NCBI GenBank assembly: GCA_964016885.1
Contig: OZ024744.1
Span: forward strand, 67,828,001 to 67,892,000
Source: Eledone cirrhosa
Lineage: Eukaryota
Direction of reading: 5' to 3'
Length of the DNA: 64,000 bases
The notes below the pieces were generated by a model. The model made no database searches. It was not told the DNA's origin and saw only the letters and a list, made by a program, of their open reading frames with translations. Below are positions 26,764 to 39,400 of the stretch, piece after piece. The translations under genes were made by a program, and so were the position numbers. Position 1 is the first letter of the stretch. Each line of letters begins with the position of its first letter.

Positions 26764-26772
26764 CTTCAACAG

Positions 26773-27459
26773 TTTGCTGATGCAGGTGACCATTTTGATG
26801 ACAGAAAACGAATCTCAAAGAATGGATTCCGTTCCGGAAAAATCAGTCCAACCAATAGTGCCCATGGTAGTCTTACCAGACACAGCATTAGGAAGCTAGC
26901 AGATTCTGGCAAAGCACGGAAAGTAAGATTCTATAGAAATGGAGACCGATTCTATAAAGGTTATGTTATGGCCATCAACTGTGAAAAATTCAGAAGTTTT
27001 AACTCTCTACTGGAAGAGTTGACATACAGTCCACTTTGTGATACCAATATCCTTACTAAAGGTGTGAGATACATATTCTCATTGGACGGTGCAATGATAA
27101 CGACACTCGAACAACTGATGGAAGATGAGCATTATGTATGTTCGAGTTTTGATGTTTTCAGAAACATTGACTACAAAGGTATTATCAATTTATGCTGGAA
27201 TCCAAACGTAAAAGGTCCTCTTGGAGGTGAATATGTCAGTAACCAAATACCATCATGTGGTATGGAAGACAGCCGGGAATTCGTCAAGCCAAAATTAGTA
27301 ACAATTATTCGTAACGGTTGCAAGCCACGGAAAGCTGTTAGGGTCTTACTTAACAGGAAAACAGCACATTCGTTCCAACAGGTCCTTAGTGACATAACTA
27401 ATGCTATTCATCTAGACAGTGGATCTGTCAGGAAAATTTTCACATTGGATGGGAGACAG
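26773..27459 (+). CDS. DCLK: Internal coding exon of a doublecortin / doublecortin-like kinase gene (N-terminal region, DCX domain 1 and most of DCX domain 2)
   Basis: Open frame from acceptor ttcaacag|TTT to donor CAG|gtcagt, 229 codons, phase 0/0. Reads FADAGDHFDDRKR...SPTNSAH...[17 protein letters not shown]...GVRYIFSLDG...[61 protein letters not shown]. This closely matches vertebrate DCX/DCLK1 ([59 protein letters not shown]). No kinase domain is in the window, so DCLK versus another DCX-family gene is inferred. Confidence 0.95.
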
Positions 27460-28619
27460 GTCAGTTTTTATTATCCTTTGTTTCAAATATCTTCTTTCGT
27501 ACTTTTTATTTTGTGTATGTAATTATTTTGTGTATGTGAGTGTGGAGAGGGGGGGGGGGTATTTTTGCAGCTTTTTCTTTCACTTGTTTTTTTTTGTTGT
27601 GGTAGTGGTTGTTGTTGTTGTTGTTATGCTGGTAGTGGTGGTAATTATTGTTGTGGTTGTTGTTGTTATTGTTGTTGTGGTGGTGAATGTGGTTGTGGTT
27701 GTGGTTGTTGTTGTTGTGATTGTTGTGTTGTTGTTGTTGTTGTTGTTGTTGTGGTTGTTGTAGTTATTGTGGTTGTTGTTGTTTTTGTGGTGGTGGTGGT
27801 GGTGGTTGTTGTTGTTGTTTAGTTCGAGGTCAGCCCTGGCTGAGAGAAAAAGTATACTCAATGGTATCCCACCCATCACAATTTCACCATTTTAGAGATA
27901 TCTACATTGCTACATTGACCTATGAATCCTTACTTTAAAATGGTATGTGTCTGATTTGAAGAAATTGTGGAAATTATCTTTAGCAGTTCATGTGACCACA
28001 TACTGGCTCCCTTGTTAGTTTGTGTATCAATTCTTTTCAAAGTTAGATGAGGTTTTTTAACCCCTATTAACCACTCAGCTGTAGAGTGTATGTCCTGTAT
28101 TTTGTGTCAGCTAAGTAAACTGAAGCAATCTTAGTGGTGTTTCTTGTTCCAATAATAGTGACACAATGATTATAGTACAGTTGACCTCATGTTGTTGTTT
28201 CACACTAAATCAACCAGGCCCACATCATCATCATCATCATCATCGTCATTATCATCGTTTTTACATTCATTTTTCCACACTTGCACTGCATCTCTCCACA
28301 TCATCTCTTCTGTGAGGTCAGCTCTCACCACCCCTGCCCAAGGTCTTTCTTCAGCTACCTCTACTGCAGCTTTCTTCCACTGGAATTTCCTGGCACTCAT
28401 TTAATTAGTTATTATACGGTTGAATTCGTGATATGAGAAATTATTTATTTATGAAATATATCATGTGAATACAGTTTAATAGAAAAAGAAGAAAAGAAAA
28501 TTTAGATTGAAAAGAAAGAATGGAATGTAAAATAGGAAAAATAAACAGAAAAGGGAGGGAATAGCAAGGACTCTAGTGTCACAGAAGAATAGGGAAGGGG
28601 AGGGTGATTGGGCTCTGGG

Positions 28620-28900
28620 CCTAGAGCATGGTGGTAATAGGGCTGCATCCCGTGGACAAGACCTCAAAAGCATTCCCGTGGTCAATGGTCTGTGACACCT
28701 GCTGCAACAGCCACCCAACCTCGCAGGGCTCCATCCTCAGACGGGCTCCTGACGTTCCGATCTTGCAGAGCAGCTCAACAGTATGATGTCCGAGTATGCC
28801 TGAGGTCTTTACAGTAACTGGTGCGAAGAGGAAGCAGCTGGACAATACCCTGTATTTGTTTATCTTCCTTTCCTCTGAATAGTGAGCCAGGTACCGGGGT
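28620..28900 (-). mobile_element. Second, more degraded CRE-like endonuclease fragment
   Basis: FAPVTVKTSGILG..LLCKIG..EPCEVGWLLQQVSQTIDHGNAFEVL. Confidence 0.65.
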
Positions 28901-29606
28901 TTGAGGCCAAAGCAACTAAGTTGGAGGTGGAGAATTTGTTATATTTATTTTACTACTAACAACTCAAATGGAATATAATTATAGAATTTACCACAGCTAA
29001 ACTCATTGAATAAAGTGAGTTATGTGGCTTGGTCTGGGAGAGAGGAATAACACAGAAGCTGTTGTATAGGAATGTTTTCATTATTTAGTTGTTTGAGGGC
29101 GGTGGATTGGCAGTATCAGTGGAGGGACGGACGCCATGCTTTGACGCATTGAGTTAGAGCCCTTGCCATTCTGAGTTCAAATCCCGCCGAGGTTAACTTT
29201 GCCTTTCATTCTTATGGGGGTCGATAAAATAAAGTACCAGTAATACACTGGGTAATTGCTGGCCTTGTGCCAAGAGTAGAAACAATTATTTAGTTGTTTA
29301 ACCCTGAGTCAATCCCGGTCAGAAGTGAAGCATTCGAGTCATGACCATTTCACATTTTTGTACAACTGAAATATAATTACCCCTTCCATCATCATTGTCA
29401 TCATCATCATCATCACCATCATCATCATCACCATCATCATCATCACCATTGTCATTATTGTCCATCATCTTCGTCATCATCATCATCATCATCATCATCA
29501 TAATCATAATCATTATCAACATCATCATCATCATCATCATCCTCAACACTACCATCATCATAACCAAGATAACCAAGATCACCACCACCATCATCATCAT
29601 CAGAAC

Positions 29607-29653
<47 letters not shown>

Positions 29654-30029
29654 CCATCACCACCACCACCATCATCATAATCATCATCATCAGCAGCAGC
29701 AGCAGCATCAGCAGCCACAGCAGCAGCATTATCATTTTTATGTCCATGTTTCTATGGTCACATGGGTTTAGCTGAATTTTTTTCCAGAACTGCATCTCTG
29801 CACTTATTTATTTATTCATTTATTTTGTCATCTTCTTTGCAAGGTTCAATTTCTTGAGATCAGCTTTCTCCACCTCTGTTCACACCTTTCTTGGTTTTTT
29901 CTCCTGCATGCAACATATGATTCCTCTTATGCCCAGTTTTTCTCTCACCTCATCCATGGTTCATTGTACATGCACACTAACATTACACATCTAATGGAAC
30001 ATGCTTCATACTATTGCTGCTGTTGCTTC

Positions 30030-30065
<36 letters not shown>

Positions 30066-33000
30066 CAGCCAGTGATGATGATGATAATGATGATTATGAT
30101 ATCCAGCTTTTGCATATCTTCTGCATCTATTGCTCATATCTCATTAGCAGGCCGTATTGCATTTCTCATGCAAGCGCCATACAATCTACACTTCATCATC
30201 ATCATCTTCACCATCACTATTTAACGTCCATTTTTCCTTGTTAGCATGGATTAGACGGGTTGCCCTGTTTGAGGCAAGTTGGGTCTAGCGCCCATGTCTT
30301 GCTCACACAGAACTGTTTCTGGCTTGGTTTCTATGGCTGGATGCCCTTCCTAAAGCCAACCACTTTACAATGAGTGCTTTTGTCGTGACACCTATAAGAC
30401 CACTTTATAGTGTGTGCTGGGTGCTTTTTGTCAGGGCACCTACACGACCACTTTACAATGTGTGCTAAGCACTTTTTGTTGTGACTCCTACACAAACATT
30501 TTACAGTGTGGGCTGGGTGCTTTTTTTTTTCGTGACACCTACACAAGCATTTTACAGTGGGTTCTGGGTGCTTTTGGTTGTGACACCTACACGACCACTT
30601 TACAGTGAGGGCTGGGTTCTTTTTGTTATGTCACCATTTCGACTACTTTACAGTGTGGGGTTGTCAACAGAGGTAGTAGCTCCCTAGACCTTTTCTACCC
30701 TGTTCTTATTTTAGTCATTATACTTTAAGAGCAACCCTCTCCACTACTTATTAGGTCAATTAGATAGCAAAAGTGGTCAATCACTTCTATAGAACTTTCC
30801 TCACATTAGAAAAAGTTCAGGTTAATCTTAACTCAGTATACATATGATCTATAAAGTAGGTTGTGTTTTAGCATGATTATTTTTTCTAGCTGTATGCCCT
30901 TCCTATCACCAACCACTTTACAGCATTGACTGGGAACATCATATCATGCCACCAGTACTAGTGGGGTCTATCAGAACTTATGTGTTCCTTCTACAGTATA
31001 TGGGGGGGGGTCAGAGTTATTGTTATGATGATGGTGTGACACACCTGTTTTGTATATCTATACAAAACGAGGGTAAAACCCAAGGTATTTACCAGGTGTA
31101 ATTTCGAACTACCTATGAGAGACTACAAAAAGACTCCGTACACATTGTTCCCCTGAGAGTTCACTTCAGTTCTTATTTATAGAGTTTCGCCTAGTACACT
31201 TTTAGTTGCGCGGAGGTATTCAGGGTTTTTTCTCCACAACAATTATTGCTCTTCTAGACAGGTTGACTGTACTATGGTTTCCAGAGTCCATATCTCTACC
31301 ATACAAGTATTTATTGAGAGTTACTGATCTCTTAGACAGGTTGCTTTTGCTATGGCATGTTGAGCTTTGTCCACCTCAAGGAAATGAGGAAAAAAAGTAT
31401 TTAAATCAACCTATGACCACTCTAAAAGCTAACTGTGTATTATGACAATCAGAATTGTTGATTTTAGTACATCCCGCTGACAGAATAAAACAGAAAAGAG
31501 AGAGAGAGATGGAGAGATAAGCAGAGAAAGAGAGGGGGGAGAGAGAGATAGGAGAGTGAGATAGTTGTTTTCTGGCAGATGCTTGTAATATCACTGTCTA
31601 GTAATATCATTTTGGCCCATCTAAGGCACTATTGAACATTTTGATACCAAACTGCCTGCCCCTGTCCCCAATTTTATGATGCAAAGTTGTTGATTTAAAG
31701 TGTTTCTATCATCTAAAAATCTTCTATCATAATTTTAAATATAAGAACCTTTATTGTGTTACATTCTAAACAGTAACTTAATATTGAGAAAGAAAATTCT
31801 TGATTATTTTCGAAAACTATTTGAAAACCATAGACAGTGTCTTTCATTAGAAATATGGTAAAGAAAGGGTTAAGAATGATAAAGTTAGTTATATTACTAA
31901 ATCCCCTTAAAATTCTTGATTATTTTCAAAATTATTTGAAAACCATTGGCAGTCTTTCATTAGAAATAAGGAATCATTAGATGCACCCAGTGATCAACAA
32001 TGAAAACAATGAAAAAAACAATGCAAAAATAGACATAATCAAAATTGAATTCATTAATAGTCATTAAATGATAAATTACTTCATTGTTCCGTATTGTTAA
32101 GTGTAATTGCAGGTTCTAATTTTATCAAAACCAATAAATTTCTTGAAATGTGTAATATGGTTATGTGTTCTTCATTATACCTCATTATACACAGTCATCC
32201 AGTGCAATAAGCTATATAACAAAATACTTATATTGCTATATATATCATCATCATCATCGTTTAAAGATGATCTATATATATATATATATGTGTGTGTGTG
32301 TAGTAACATTTTTGTTAATGGTTGGAGTTCTTTAATAGTGGAATAAAAATAAAAATATATACTTATTTACAATTTAGAAATCAAATCAAGAAATATAAAT
32401 GGTGAAGATGCAAGGAAAAAGCACCCAGTCTACCCTGTAAGGTGGTTGGTATTATGAAAGGCATTCAGCAGTTGAAAAAAAAAAAAAAAAAAATCTGATA
32501 ATGTGAGCAAATATGGACAACTGCCCTGTCCATTCTCATAATATGACAGGCCATGTAACTCCTGCAAGCTTAGAAAGTAGATGTCAAATAGTGATTTTAT
32601 ATATCATCATCATCATCATCATCGTTTAACGTCCATCTTCCACGCTTGCATAGGTTTGGACGGGAGTTTTTCCACTTGAGGCAACATTTGTTGTCCTGCT
32701 CGTATAGGACTGTCTGGCGGGTTTTCTACGGCTGGATGCCCTTCCTAACACCAACCACGTTTACAGTGTGGTCTGGGAGGTTTTTACCGTGTTACCTACA
32801 CGGCCACATTACAGCATGGACTGTGTGTTTTTTTGTTGTGACACCTACACGACCTCATTTGTTTCGGACTGGATGTTGTGGTACCAACATAACTTCACAT
32901 TTAAGGGGGATATATATATATTCCTGGGTCCTGTATTTTCGTTGCTCTAGTGATGCGGCTGGATGCGGTATATCTGATTTGCTAAGCTCTCTGAACGTAT

Positions 33001-33107
33001 TGTTATTATTCTGGGGTTCTTTTCCCCATCCGAGTGCTAAAGCTACAGACCGATTCTGCATTCGTTAGCTTGGCCGTGTTCTAAAGCTTCGTTAATGCTG
33101 TACTAAA

Positions 33108-33143
<36 letters not shown>

Positions 33144-33231
33144 GTGTGTGTGTGTGTGTGTGTGTGTTGTGTTAGGTAATTCCGAAGAAATAGCAAAGGA
33201 AAAAAGAGCTATTTAATTAGCTATATAATTA

Positions 33232-33675
33232 TGTATATATCTAAAACAGAGAATGTCTGTCTGTCCGATCACTAAAACTCGAGAACCACCCAACCAATTG
33301 TTTTCAAACTTTACCCATGAAATACTTATAGTCCTGTGAGTGTTTTGAGCAAAAAGAATTTCAAATTTTCAATGCCCTAGGGACAGCATTAGGCATTTAG
33401 CGATCTCTCTCTATAATTCTTAGTCTTTCTTTTTAGATAGATACATAGATATAACGTTGCACCCTTATAATATCTGACTGTATGCCTAGCTGTCTACATT
33501 ACGACATTATGACGTAGCTGTGTGTGTGTGTGTATATATAGTGTGTGTATATATATATAGTGTGTAACGTTTTTCGAAATATTTACTTCTGCTTTCACAG
33601 ATTGATTTTTTTTAGTTTCAGAAGATCCCGTTAAGGATGAAAGCAGCGATTTTTTGCTTAAACTTTAATCTGTTA

Positions 33676-33735
<60 letters not shown>

Positions 33736-33880
33736 TATATTCGTGTACAGATATTTTTGCATACTCAATAACAAAATATAAACAAACGTATTTATTTCAC
33801 GAGGCTCGATAAGGATAAATATATATTAAATATATAAGAACCCTAGAGCAAATCCTGAGCAACGCCGGGTCATTCTGCTA

Positions 33881-33881
<1 letters not shown>
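33232..33881 (+). mobile_element. Non-autonomous Helitron
   Basis: 5' tgtatatatctaaaacagagaatgtctgtctgtc..taaaactcgagaaccacccaacc, shared with 62589. 3' hairpin cctgagcaacgccggg followed by tcattctgCTAA (degenerate CTAG). Confidence 0.7.
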
Positions 33882-33973
<92 letters not shown>

Positions 33974-34384
33974 TAATATTTAATATAGAAATGGCTTCTG
34001 CAGGACTAGAACTGTTTCATTCAAAGGAAATCATCAGGAAAGCTGTCTCACCCATTTCCTCTGGCTTTTTGGCCTGTCTAGCCCCTTTCCTTGCTGCCGT
34101 GAGTATAATATAGACATTTAGCTGGACTAACCAGCCATTTGAAGAAAGATGACCCCCTCCCCACAAATCACTGACCACTCCTGGAGAAAAACAAGAACAA
34201 AAACACAAGAAGACTTTTAACATTTTTTTTTTTTTGCTATGACTGTCTGCCCATATATGGACTGTACCCCTTGATAAGTTCAGCTAGATTCCCGCCATTC
34301 GAATAGTGGTGCTTCAGTTCGGATCTAGTTGTCGAAACAGCTGGAGCTCAGCTGCTGGGGTCCTGAATCTTTTGATATATAAAT

Positions 34385-36860
34385 AGATGTTCTTTTTATC
34401 AATTACATTTTATTATACATATTTCGGATGTACAACAGTACGTCCTCATCAGACAAAATATAATGATACATGACATACCCTGAGATGTTAAATGGTTAAG
34501 ATTTAATCAAGGTAGTGATTACCCGATAGAAAATTTTACTTATATAATATCTGTGTTAGAGTGCGAAAACGTAATGAATTCATTAGAGAGTGTGTGAGTA
34601 AGAAAAAACGTTGCATACTTAAAGTGTTCTAAAATTTTAAATTGTATGATACTACAATATAATATATCTAGGGAAACGTCTCATGAATCATAACAGCCAG
34701 TGATAGCCACTGGAAAAAGATTTATAAGGAGGGAAAGATAAAGTGTGGGGTTTCTTTTTCGAAAGTTAAACGGTTAGACTTTGAAAATATTTAATTTATA
34801 ATATTAATGTGAAGACTCCAGATTTCAGGATTATTTGCTATTTATTTATATATTATTTATATAAATTCGATAAGTGTGTTATCATTTCTAAACTTCTTAA
34901 TTGTTGAGAATAACATTTTAAAGGATTTAGCTGGCACGTAAAGAATGAAATATTATACTGTTGATTAATTACCTACATCTAAACTTTAATAAATATCTCA
35001 ACATATTAGGTATGTAAAGCTTTTGAAGTACTTATTGTTATAAATATTTGAATAACTATTATGTATATAGGTATAAATTAATGAGTCAGAATGTATAAGG
35101 TAAATAATACCGACGAAAATAAAAATAAAATAAAATAAAATATGTTACGGATAAAATTTATACATATGTATAATTGGGTGTAAATGTACTAATTATTCTT
35201 CAACCAAGATATCAACATATTATTAGATATAGGGATGTATATATATCGATATATATTAGATATTATTAATGTAGTATACTTTAGGTAAATGGTAACAGTT
35301 ATACTCTTAACAACGTGTTACATTTAAATATATATATATACATATAAGAAAAACGAATAATGAGTGCATGTATAAAGTTCAAAATAATGTCTATAATAAT
35401 TTTTAGTTTGGATATTTTCTCTATATTTGAATCATGTATATAGAAGTATGGTAGGTATATTTAAAAATATATAAAATACAATATATAACTACATATAAAA
35501 CATTATATGATAAATAAATAAATAAGAGATCGAAAGTACAGCGGAAAATTCACATTTATATATAAGTTTGAATCCGTCTCAAATTTAGATTTTATAGTGC
35601 AGTAAGTATATTTAAAAGAAATATATGCTATATTATACTATAAATAATGGATCAAAAAGTCATTAAACATTTGGAGTTATGGATAAGTTTCATAAAAAAT
35701 TTTGGATTGGGTATTAAAACTAAAATTTAAAAGAGATTACAAATGTATTAAAAATTCACAGTTAAATAAATTCAATAGATATGTAAGGATTATGTAATGT
35801 ACTTAATTATAGATAAATGATGGTGTTGATCAAAGTTAACAAATAAATTTGTGTGTATCAATGTTTAGGCATGCTAATTGAAATATTGTCATTCATTCTA
35901 ACGTTGTTTTTTCTATAGATATTTATCAAATAAAGCAATATTAAAGGCCATTGATGTTTTTTACTGTTGATTATATATTCCTGGTAACCGAGTTGTTATT
36001 GGTTCTTTCTTTCTCGTTTTATGTGAGGCTAAAAAAGTGGACATAGCTTTATGGAGGCAATTAGAGAATAATTCACTTTTTTGTTAATTAAGGTCTCATA
36101 ATTATTAATAATCAACAGGGTCTCCATTGTACAGAGCGGGCAGTTATTTGATATACTAGAGTTGCGGTAAATTCCACAGTTCCGAAGTTTTGTCCAAAGA
36201 ATGGAGTATTCCAGATTCTTCTCTTTTAAAGACCATATGAGCTGTTATAAAGATGTGGATGATTTCTTCTTAGAGTTCGAGAATGAGCATTTATGGTTCG
36301 CCAAACGAAGTTTGAATGTGGACGAGGTTGATCCAATGTAATTGTATGTTTTATGGTCAGTTTTTACGGTGCATTTATAAACCAAATTACTATCTAAACA
36401 ATTATTTGGCAAAGGGCAATTACTTTTATTTCTACAATTACAATTTGGTTTAGTATCATTAATGTTAACTCTATTATTATGATCATTATGTTGGTTTGGT
36501 TTTGGGATTTTGGCGCTTAATTTGGTGATGTTTTGGGCCATGTTACTGGTTGTAGAATTTGCGAATTTAATGGTATGTCTATTAAAAATGGAATGGTATT
36601 TATGTTGAGCAGGGAAAGAAGTCTCAAGAGCTTTAAAGAATAGTTTTGCAATTGGTGTTTTAACTGCGACCGAAGCTGGGGGTGCAAACCATATGACAGG
36701 TTTAGATCTAGTTCTTATTCTCGATTTATTTCGCGTATGTGTGTTTGAGTTATAGTTATTAGAGTTACTCTTATATGTGTTATAATTTTTATTATTATTA
36801 TTAGGAATAATACTTGGATTGTTATTATCTACATATTCTATATTATTCATATATCCTGCT
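34385..36860 (-). mobile_element. Penelope-like element 3' half: GIY-YIG endonuclease, long AT-rich 3' region, terminal hammerhead
   Basis: ORF 36245-36850 VIWFAPP..HKYHSIFNRHTIK..CNCRNKSNCPL..LVYKCTV..YIGSTSSTFKLRLANHK. It continues past one stop as LIWSLKEK..YSILW..CPLCTME..LINKK to about 36000. Hammerhead at 34407-34459 on the same strand. Assignment of the AT-rich part to the element is inferred. Confidence 0.85.
34407..34459 (-). ncRNA. Minimal hammerhead motif at the 3' end of the Penelope-like element
   Basis: attttgt CTGATGA ggacgtac-tgtt-gtacatcc GAAA TATGTA TA ataaaat. Confidence 0.75.
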
Positions 36861-36939
36861 CTTTTTAAAGAGTTGTTGTAATATTCCGCATTTTTATCAA
36901 ATATATCTTTATTAGCTGATATTTTATTAATACGTTTTT

Positions 36940-36989
<50 letters not shown>

Positions 36990-37315
36990 GTTTGTATTTG
37001 TAAAGCCAAAACAATGCAGGTATGGACATAGAATTTAAATGCAAATGCAAAAGATATTGTTGACAATTAGTCATGCTCTTGGCAAGCTATTTAGATATTT
37101 AGAATACTGGTTTAACCGCTTTACGTATCTCCGAAGAAGAGATATTATCTCGAAAATTAAGGACATTTAAATAAATTTAAGGTAAAAGACTAATTGTCAA
37201 CAATATCTTTTGCATTTGCATTTATATTCTATGTCCATACCTGCATTGTTTTGGCTTTACAAATACAAACGTTTATACCTCATTACACAATGCTTCAAGT
37301 GAACTATAACTTCCT

Positions 37316-37422
<107 letters not shown>

Positions 37423-38399
37423 GAATATTCTGCATATCTATGCGATTGGCATCTTCCAGCCTGACAAGTTGACCATTCTACAATATATAGATATATGATA
37501 ATTTATATTTATATATATATATATATATATATGAGTGCTTTTCTCTCCATCTGTCACAACCTTATCCAGCAAGTATACCTCACACCACCTCTTACACTAA
37601 CTGTCTTTCTGAAGGAATGAAATAAAATGGTGTAAGAAAGAGTGAGAGTGATTGAGAGAGAGGAGAGAATTGTTTTCTGGCATATGAGAGTATTGTCTGG
37701 CCGGCCTGCTGTAACACTGCCAACCATTATTTCCCTTCCATACAAAGTGACATCAATGTATGTTGGCTAGTCTCAGTGTTCAACATGAGAACTTCTCCAT
37801 GATCATTTGAGCTGCTGGAAATACTAGCCAAATTTCAATGAAATCACACTCCACCATAAAACATATATGTATATAGTGGTGCTGGTGGTGATGGTGGTGG
37901 TGATGGTAGTGGTGGTTGTTGTTATTTCAGTCAGGTCAATTATATCAAGCTGATCTAAGTTAAAGATTTTCTGGTCATGTCCATCCCTTTTCTTTTTTTC
38001 TTTTTTGAATATAGTGAATCTAAGACTACATTATCTAATGTGAGCTTAGTTTGTTTTTTGTTTTTTTTTAATATGGTAATATATGGCATGAAGGAAATTT
38101 TGGTGGCTATTTTTAGGATGTTGTGTGACCACAGAGCCTATAACAACCCTTAAACTTATTCTTACTCAGGTCTGAACTCCTTTTTAAAGTCACATGATAT
38201 AAATCATTTAACAAATGACCTGAACACAGAATTCATATGTCAACAATTTACCACAAAACATTCAAGTTATCTGGTGGCCTTAAGAAACATTATAAAATCC
38301 AGAGAGCCAGAGATGATTTGGGGGAGAACACATTGCCATCAACACATTTGCTAAAAAAAAAATGTTTGCTCCCTGTCTGTATAAATTTTTCTACCTAAT

Positions 38400-39400
38400 C
38401 TTCTTTGCCCACTTATTCCTGAGAGGGTCGTGTGGGCAGATTCCTCAAACACTCCTTCCAACAAATCCTGTCAGAAGCAATTTTCTTCCATTCCAAGCAT
38501 ATAGACAATATGCCTCCACACCCTTCCACTGCAAAGTGGTCGTGGAGGTGCCATGGCAAAAAAGCACCCAGCACTCACTGTAAATGAGGTTGGTGTTAGG
38601 AAGGGCATCCAGCTGTAGAAATCAAGCCAGAATCAGTTCTCGTATGAGCAAGGCAAGGTCAGTTGACCGGACACTGCCCACTACAGGACAACCCGTCTAA
38701 CCTATGCTAGCGTGGAAGAACGGACGTAAAACGGTGATGATGATCCGCTTAGATCCCTAAGTGAGACCAGCCAAGCTCATGGATGTTATCCACACCTTCT
38801 GCTTGGGATCTACCCCTGGGTCTCCTGCCAGTAGGTTTTTCCCATAAAATCTGCCCAGAGATTATTTCCTAAGACAATCTAACCACAAGCCCATAGTATT
38901 GGAGCTGTGATCTCTCAATTCATCAATTCAGAGAAGTAGCAGCTCTACCTGGAACAACTCTTTGATCTCCAAGCTACACTCTATCGAGTAACATTACTCC
39001 AAAGACCCTTTAGAGGAACCGCATTTCAGCTGCTTGTATTCACAATCGTATTCTTTCAGTCATTACCCAAGATTCATGACCATAAGTAAATGGTATCACA
39101 ACTGACAGTTGTAAAATCAGTTAGTTGGAATTTGCAGACGACATGCTGCATGGCTGGAAACAAAATCAGTACTGCAAAGACTGAGACACTGGTCCTCTCA
39201 AGAAATCCTGTGAGTGGATTCCACTGAAACAGATGGAGGAGTTCAAGTATCTCAAGGCCATGTTCATGAGTGATGGAAGGCAGGAGGCTGAATTAAGTGC
39301 AAGAATTGCAGGACCTGATTCATTACTGCATCAGCTTCAGCATTTGGTAATCAGAAAAAAAGGAAGGTAGATGTAAAAGCCAAACCTGCCATCTTCAAAT
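38400..39400 (-). mobile_element. RTE/BovB-like LINE fragment with an inverted 5' segment, interrupted by an RTE-tail repeat at about 38515-38743
   Basis: Minus strand 38750-39105: SVVIP.TYGHESWVMTERIR..QAAEMRFL..TGRRPRG. Plus strand 39140-39400: KISTAKTETLVLSR..MEEFKYL..AIFK. Related 3' sequence at about 52545-52730. Confidence 0.7.

Noticed and set aside
27460-27522. C-terminal VSFYYPLF.. extension of the DCX ORF
   Set aside because: Read-through past a good donor (CAG|gtcagt) at the position where homology ends.
33990-34220. Unique-looking islands (also 6330-6630, 14900-15060, 56490-56610) as further DCLK exons
   Set aside because: No frame resembles the DCX continuation or kinase motifs, and no convincing splice-site pair was found.
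34460-36000. Possible mitochondrial insertion (very AT-rich)
   Set aside because: No mitochondrial gene, rRNA or tRNA motif recognised. It is bracketed by a Penelope ORF and a same-strand hammerhead. BLAST against cephalopod mtDNA would settle it.
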